A DNA stretch of 64,000 nt. It comes from an uncultured delta proteobacterium (GTDB lineage Bacteria; Desulfobacterota; Binatia; Binatales; Binataceae). Below the pieces are notes generated by a model, which searched no databases, was not told the origin of the DNA, and saw only the letters and a program-made list of their open reading frames with translations. Both the position numbers and the translations under genes were made by a program. Shown one piece after another: positions 59,175-64,000 of this stretch. Positions within the stretch are counted from its first letter, which is position 1; every line of letters begins with the position of its first letter. The stretch is taken from positions 1,504,001 through 1,568,000 of the forward strand of contig CAVRVY010000003.1 in the NCBI GenBank assembly GCA_963724765.1, in the 5' to 3' direction.

Positions 59175-61835
59175 TTACACCGTCGCGGGATTCGGCTTTT
59201 CCGGATCGATGTCGTACTTTTTGATCGCCGCATCGACCCTGGAAGCGGGAATCTGTTCTTCGTCGGCGAGCGAGCGGAGCGCCGCGACCGTGATGTAGTG
59301 CCGGTCGATCTCGAAGAAGCTGCGCAGGCGCGCGCGATAGTCACTGCGGCCGAAGCCGTCGGTGCCGAGCACGCGATATCGGCGCGGAACGTAGGGGCGA
59401 ATCTGATCGGCGAAGGTGCGTATATAGTCAGTCGCCGCCACCACCGGCCCGGGGCGATCGGCGAGGCAAGTCTCGACGTAGCTGCGCCGCTGGGGTTCCA
59501 TCGGATGCAGCATGTTCCAGCGCTCGACGTCGATTCCGTCGCGCCTGAGCTCGGTGAAGCTGGGCACGCTCCACACGTCGGCGGCGACGCCGAAATCGTT
59601 CCGAAGCAAATCAGCCGCGGCGATAGCTTCGCGCAGGATGGTTCCCGAGCCGAGCAACTGCACGCGCGGCCCTTTGCCGTTGGTGGCGCCGTTGGTCAAC
59701 GGATACATGCCCTTGAGAATACCTTCCTGCGCGCCCTCGGGCATCGCGGGATGGACATAATTCTCATTCATCAGAGTGATGTAGTAAAAGACGTCCTGTT
59801 GCTCCGCCAGCATGCGTCGCAGCCCATCGTGAATGATCACCGCAACCTCGTAGGCGAAGGTCGGATCGTAGGCAACGCAATTGGGAATGACCGAGGCCAG
59901 GACGTGACTGTGGCCGTCGGCATGCTGGAGGCCTTCGCCGTTGAGCGTGGTGCGGCCGGAAGTTCCTCCCAGCAAAAAGCCGCGGCACCGCGAGTCGCCC
60001 GCCGCCCATGCAAGGTCGCCGACGCGTTGAAATCCGAACATCGAATAAAAGATGTAGAAAGGGATCATCGGCAGGTTGTGAGTGCTGTATGAAGTGGCCG
60101 CGGCGATCCACGACGACATCGCGCCCGCCTCGTTGATTCCCTCCTGCAGGATTTGGCCGTGCTGATACTCGCGGTAAAACATGAGCTGGCCCGAGTCCTC
60201 GGGTTTGTAGAGCTGACCGACCTGCGAGAAGATCCCGAGCTGGCGGAACATCCCTTCCATGCCGAAGGTGCGCGACTCGTCGGGGACGATTGGCACGACG
60301 CGGTTGCCGATATTCTTGTCGCGCAGCAGGGCCGAAAGGATCCGCACGAACGCCATCGTGGTCGAGACCTCGCGATCGCCGGTACTCTTGAGCTGCGAGT
60401 CGAAGGCCGATAGCGGCGGCACCTCGAGCGGCTGCGAGGTGCGCCGGCGCTGTGGGAGGCTGCCGCTCAACGCCTTGCGGCGCTCACGCAGATACTGAAT
60501 TTCTACGCTGTCCTCGGCCGGCCGATACAACGGCACGTCGGCTATCTGGTCGTCCTGCACTGGAATCTTGAAGCGATCGCGAAAGGCCTTGAGCTCCTCC
60601 AGGCCCATCTTTTTTTGCTGATGGGTGATGTTCATGCCTTCGCCCGCGGCGCCCATTCCGTAACCCTTGATGGTTTTGGCGAGGATGACGGTGGGTTGAT
60701 TGCGATGGCTGACGGCGGCGGCGTAGGCGGCGTAGACCTTGAGCGGGTCGTGGCCGCCGCGGCGGAGCTGCCAGACTTCGTCGTCGGTCATGCCGGAGAC
60801 CATCTCTAGCAGTTCAGGATACTTGGCGAAGAACTCCTTGCGCACGTAAGCGCCATCGCGGGACTTGAAAGCCTGGTATTCGCCGTCGACGCATTCCTCC
60901 ATGCGCTTGCGCAGCAATCCGAGCTTGTCGCGCGCGAGCAAGGCGTCCCAGTTGCTGCCCCAGATGACCTTGATCACGTTCCATCCGGCGCCGCGGAAGT
61001 CGGCCTCGAGTTCCTGGATGATTTTGCCGTTACCGCGCACGGGGCCGTCTAGCCGTTGCAGGTTGCAGTTGATGACAAAGATCAGGTTGTCGAGCTTTTC
61101 GCGCGCGGCGAGCGAGATTGCGCCAAGCGATTCTGGCTCGTCCATCTCGCCGTCGCCCATGAAAGCCCACACCTTACGGTCACCCATCTCGCCTAGGCTG
61201 CGCCCCTCAAGATACTTCATGAAGCGCGCCTGGTAGATCGCCATGATCGGCCCGAGGCCCATCGACACGGTCGGGAACTGCCAGAAATCCGGCATCAGCC
61301 ATGGATGCGGATAGGACGGGAGTCCGTGGCCGTCGACTTCGCGCCGGAAGTTGAGCACCTGCTCCTCGGTCAGACGCCCCTCGACGAATGCGCGTGCGTA
61401 AATTCCCGGGGAAGAGTGGCCCTGAATATAGATAATGTCGCCGCCGTGGTTCTCTGACGGTGCGCGCCAGAAATGGCCGAAGCCGATATCGTACAGGGTC
61501 GCGGCGGACTGAAAGCTCGCGATATGACCGCCTCGCTCGGAGGAGTGCTGATTGGCGCGCACCACCATCGCGAGCGCGTTCCAGCGGATGATCGAGCTGA
61601 TGCGCCGCTCGATCTCGCGGTCGCCAGGGTAGTGCGGCTGGCGATCGGCGGGAATCGTGTTGAGGTACGGCGTATTGGCGTTATAGGGCAGATAGGTGCC
61701 GCGCAGGCGCGCCGTGGTGATCAGTTGTTCGAGCAGAAAATGGGCGCGGTCGACACCCTCGGCATCAATCACCGCCTCCAGGGAATCGAGCCATTCGCGG
61801 GTTTCCTCCGGATCCATGTCCCGAATCGTTTCCAT
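59175..61835 (-). CDS. aceE: Pyruvate dehydrogenase E1, homodimeric type
   Basis: ETREWL, GGHIAS, TVSMGLGP, GDGEMDEPES, NLQRLDGPV, GTDGFGRSD. Confidence 0.97.
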   Translation of the reverse strand: METIRDMDPEETREWLDSLEAVIDAEGVDRAHFLLEQLITTARLRGTYLPYNANTPYLNTIPADRQPHYPGDREIERRISSIIRWNALAMVVRANQHSSERGGHIASFQSAATLYDIGFGHFWRAPSENHGGDIIYIQGHSSPGIYARAFVEGRLTEEQVLNFRREVDGHGLPSYPHPWLMPDFWQFPTVSMGLGPIMAIYQARFMKYLEGRSLGEMGDRKVWAFMGDGEMDEPESLGAISLAAREKLDNLIFVINCNLQRLDGPVRGNGKIIQELEADFRGAGWNVIKVIWGSNWDALLARDKLGLLRKRMEECVDGEYQAFKSRDGAYVRKEFFAKYPELLEMVSGMTDDEVWQLRRGGHDPLKVYAAYAAAVSHRNQPTVILAKTIKGYGMGAAGEGMNITHQQKKMGLEELKAFRDRFKIPVQDDQIADVPLYRPAEDSVEIQYLRERRKALSGSLPQRRRTSQPLEVPPLSAFDSQLKSTGDREVSTTMAFVRILSALLRDKNIGNRVVPIVPDESRTFGMEGMFRQLGIFSQVGQLYKPEDSGQLMFYREYQHGQILQEGINEAGAMSSWIAAATSYSTHNLPMIPFYIFYSMFGFQRVGDLAWAAGDSRCRGFLLGGTSGRTTLNGEGLQHADGHSHVLASVIPNCVAYDPTFAYEVAVIIHDGLRRMLAEQQDVFYYITLMNENYVHPAMPEGAQEGILKGMYPLTNGATNGKGPRVQLLGSGTILREAIAAADLLRNDFGVAADVWSVPSFTELRRDGIDVERWNMLHPMEPQRRSYVETCLADRPGPVVAATDYIRTFADQIRPYVPRRYRVLGTDGFGRSDYRARLRSFFEIDRHYITVAALRSLADEEQIPASRVDAAIKKYDIDPEKPNPATV

Positions 61836-62231
61836 CAGACCGTCCCTGCTTTTTTCGCGATGGGTTTAACTTCGCTGCCGCCGCTTGGCGACACTTCGCC
61901 CATCAAGGTACATTTTGCGCCAACCGCGACGAAAGTGCATCAAGGGTCCGCATCTTTAGGACCGTTTGCCGGGGCACGAACGCGGGAGTGTGGGTTGCCG
62001 CTTCCGGAGATGCGGAGGCGACTGTCTGACTCAGAGATTGCATCGCGCTTACACGATTGTTTCGTGCCGTCGCCTTGAACACTTCGCCGTCAGGAAACCC
62101 GATCGATCGGCGGCGTCAGGTGGCCACCGGGGATGCGGTGCCATACTTCGCCAAGCGGGTCCCGTTCAAGGCCACAAAAAGACGATGACAAGATCCCGTG
62201 AGATGATGCGCGTGAAATCCGATTCAGCGGA

Positions 62232-63581
62232 TCACTGAACGATTTTCATAAGCCCTTCGGGGCTCGCGTACTGGCTCGCGTCGAGGTACTGCGGCTGACA
62301 GTTGGTATTATAGCAGGAGGTTTGGGTCAGACTTATCGAAGCGTGCTTGTCCACAAAATTTATCGACCATCCGGCCTGCGGTCCGTTCGTACCCAACATG
62401 GAGCCGCCGCTGGGAATAGTCATTGGCGTCCAGAATTGGGTGATAAATTTGAAGAGTGCACCCTGGGGGTCGTAGAGCTCGATCGCCAGCGGCAAAAACG
62501 TCTGCTTGTCTATATACAGAACCCTGCGGCTATAGCAGTAACCCTGGCTGTAGGCCGGGAGCCGGGACATGTCAACCACGTAGACGTCTCTTAGCTCCCA
62601 CTTGCCGAGGCTCGGCCTTGCCCACGGCAGAATTCCCTTGGCGGCCGGGTAATAGTAGTCACTCGGCAGTTGTGTCGACGCTCCGCACAGTTTGAGTGCG
62701 GCTGGTTCGGCATGGACCAGCGCGAGTATTCGCTTTTCCCCAAGATACTTTATCTCGAATCGTTGCGGCAGGCCCGGCGGTCCAAGCGCGGCATCTTCCC
62801 AGGTGAAATCGGAGTTCTGAAGCGGAGCGCACCGGGCCGCGTCCGAGGAGCGGATGGGCCTGCGGGCGCTCGGCAGGTAAGTGTAGATGTCGTCGAGCTT
62901 CGTGATGTCTTCGTAGGTAAGATCGAGCGAGGTGGTATATTTCCCCTGCTCAGGAGCGATCTGCTGGATGAATTTGGCGAAGTAGTAGTTGCCCTCCGTC
63001 GGGATAGTTGTGGGCATCGTCGGGTCGCTCAGATGAGTCAACTGGGAGAAAACGACATCCGCCTGTCCGCTGGCCGTAAAGTCGCCGTAAGAATCGTCCG
63101 AATAGTTACAAAAGATGGAACGCTGAAGACGGGGATTGTAGTGGTAGTACAGGTCATAAAAAATCGCATATGGCGCCAGCGCCGACTGGCTAAGCGGATT
63201 GGGAAAGGGTATGCCGGTCACGTATCCCTCCGGTATGTAACCAGCATCGGGAAGCTTCTTGAGGGTTACGCGGCTCGCGTTCTTTTCAGTATCGGCCAGG
63301 TAGGCTGGTGGAAGCGGCATAGATATAGTGGGCCCCACGTTCATCTGGACGTCGGCGGGCATTTTCCAGAAGTATTGGCCGTCGAAGAGCGCTTGCATGG
63401 CGGGCGGCATGAACTGCTTGTACTGCTGCCAGTTGGCGTAAGTGATTTCCGTACCCGGCTGTGGGAAGGCGGCGTTGGAGTGAGCCGCGTCGGCGGGATG
63501 TACCTCGCCGTGCAGCGTGAACAGCAGCGCAACGATAAATCCACCAATGGCCACTGCGTGCGAACGGATGCCTGGTCTCAT
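62232..63581 (-). CDS. Exported DUF1329-like protein
   Basis: Signal peptide, GIPFPNP, YLPSARR, WELRDVYVV, YSRRVLYIDKQ. Confidence 0.7.
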   Translation of the reverse strand: MRPGIRSHAVAIGGFIVALLFTLHGEVHPADAAHSNAAFPQPGTEITYANWQQYKQFMPPAMQALFDGQYFWKMPADVQMNVGPTISMPLPPAYLADTEKNASRVTLKKLPDAGYIPEGYVTGIPFPNPLSQSALAPYAIFYDLYYHYNPRLQRSIFCNYSDDSYGDFTASGQADVVFSQLTHLSDPTMPTTIPTEGNYYFAKFIQQIAPEQGKYTTSLDLTYEDITKLDDIYTYLPSARRPIRSSDAARCAPLQNSDFTWEDAALGPPGLPQRFEIKYLGEKRILALVHAEPAALKLCGASTQLPSDYYYPAAKGILPWARPSLGKWELRDVYVVDMSRLPAYSQGYCYSRRVLYIDKQTFLPLAIELYDPQGALFKFITQFWTPMTIPSGGSMLGTNGPQAGWSINFVDKHASISLTQTSCYNTNCQPQYLDASQYASPEGLMKIVQ

Positions 63582-63809
63582 GCTTTGACCCTCGGATCGG
63601 GCTGGATTGTTTGACTCGCACAGAGCGAGCGCAGCATACAACCGGCCTCGCGCCGGCGTCAAAGCGCTTGCCAAGGCGGCATTTGCAGGTGTTGAATTCG
63701 GCCCGGAGGCGCGGACGATCGCTGCCCGTAAGCGCCGCGCAGGCAGAATTGATTGGGCCCTGCCCGATCAAGCGAAGTTCCGTGGAATATATGTGGTTAC
63801 CGGAACAAA

Positions 63810-64000
63810 ATGAGAATCGCGGCTAAGAGGGTTGCAGGGGCATCCGCCGCGCTGCTCGCCGCCGCGGTCGTTTTCGCGTGCGTCGGATGCGACACGGGAC
63901 GCACGGGGAGGCAGACGTCGCCGACGGCGCATACCGCGCCCGCCATCGCTGCGGCTCCTGTCGGCTACGCTTATATAACCAACAACGGCGAAGGGACGGT
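63810..64000 (+). CDS. Lipoprotein with YVTN-type beta-propeller start (partial)
   Basis: MRIAAKR...VFACVGC lipobox-like; YAYITNNGEGT at the window end. Confidence 0.6.
   Translation, partial: MRIAAKRVAGASAALLAAAVVFACVGCDTGRTGRQTSPTAHTAPAIAAAPVGYAYITNNGEGT

Overview
GC-rich bacterial chromosome segment with no phage, IS or CRISPR. The gene order (tRNA-Val-thrS-infC-rpmI-rplT-pheS-pheT-ihfA-merR) and gene content suggest a deltaproteobacteria-like organism, possibly Candidatus Binatia (inference). The left end is translation housekeeping. The middle is catabolic and envelope genes: Co-type nitrile hydratase, MetE-like Zn enzyme, Mch/Mct-like pair, CoA-transferases, a frameshifted TPP enzyme, MlaEFD-PqiC, B12 radical SAM, Mo-hydroxylase, a kinase/sigma54-activator/pspA operon and PepN. 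The highlight is a compact operon at 45062-51036. It encodes a strongly divergent copper membrane monooxygenase (pmoC-pmoA-pmoB-like) with an extra 78-aa ORF between A and B (signal peptide, N-terminal His, one TM helix), followed by a Tat small subunit, a GMC flavoprotein and a SCO copper chaperone. Downstream are wax ester synthase, PhaE/PhaC-like genes and aceEF. Short degenerate tandem repeats recur at many gene junctions. All homology calls come from motif recognition by eye; no searches were run.
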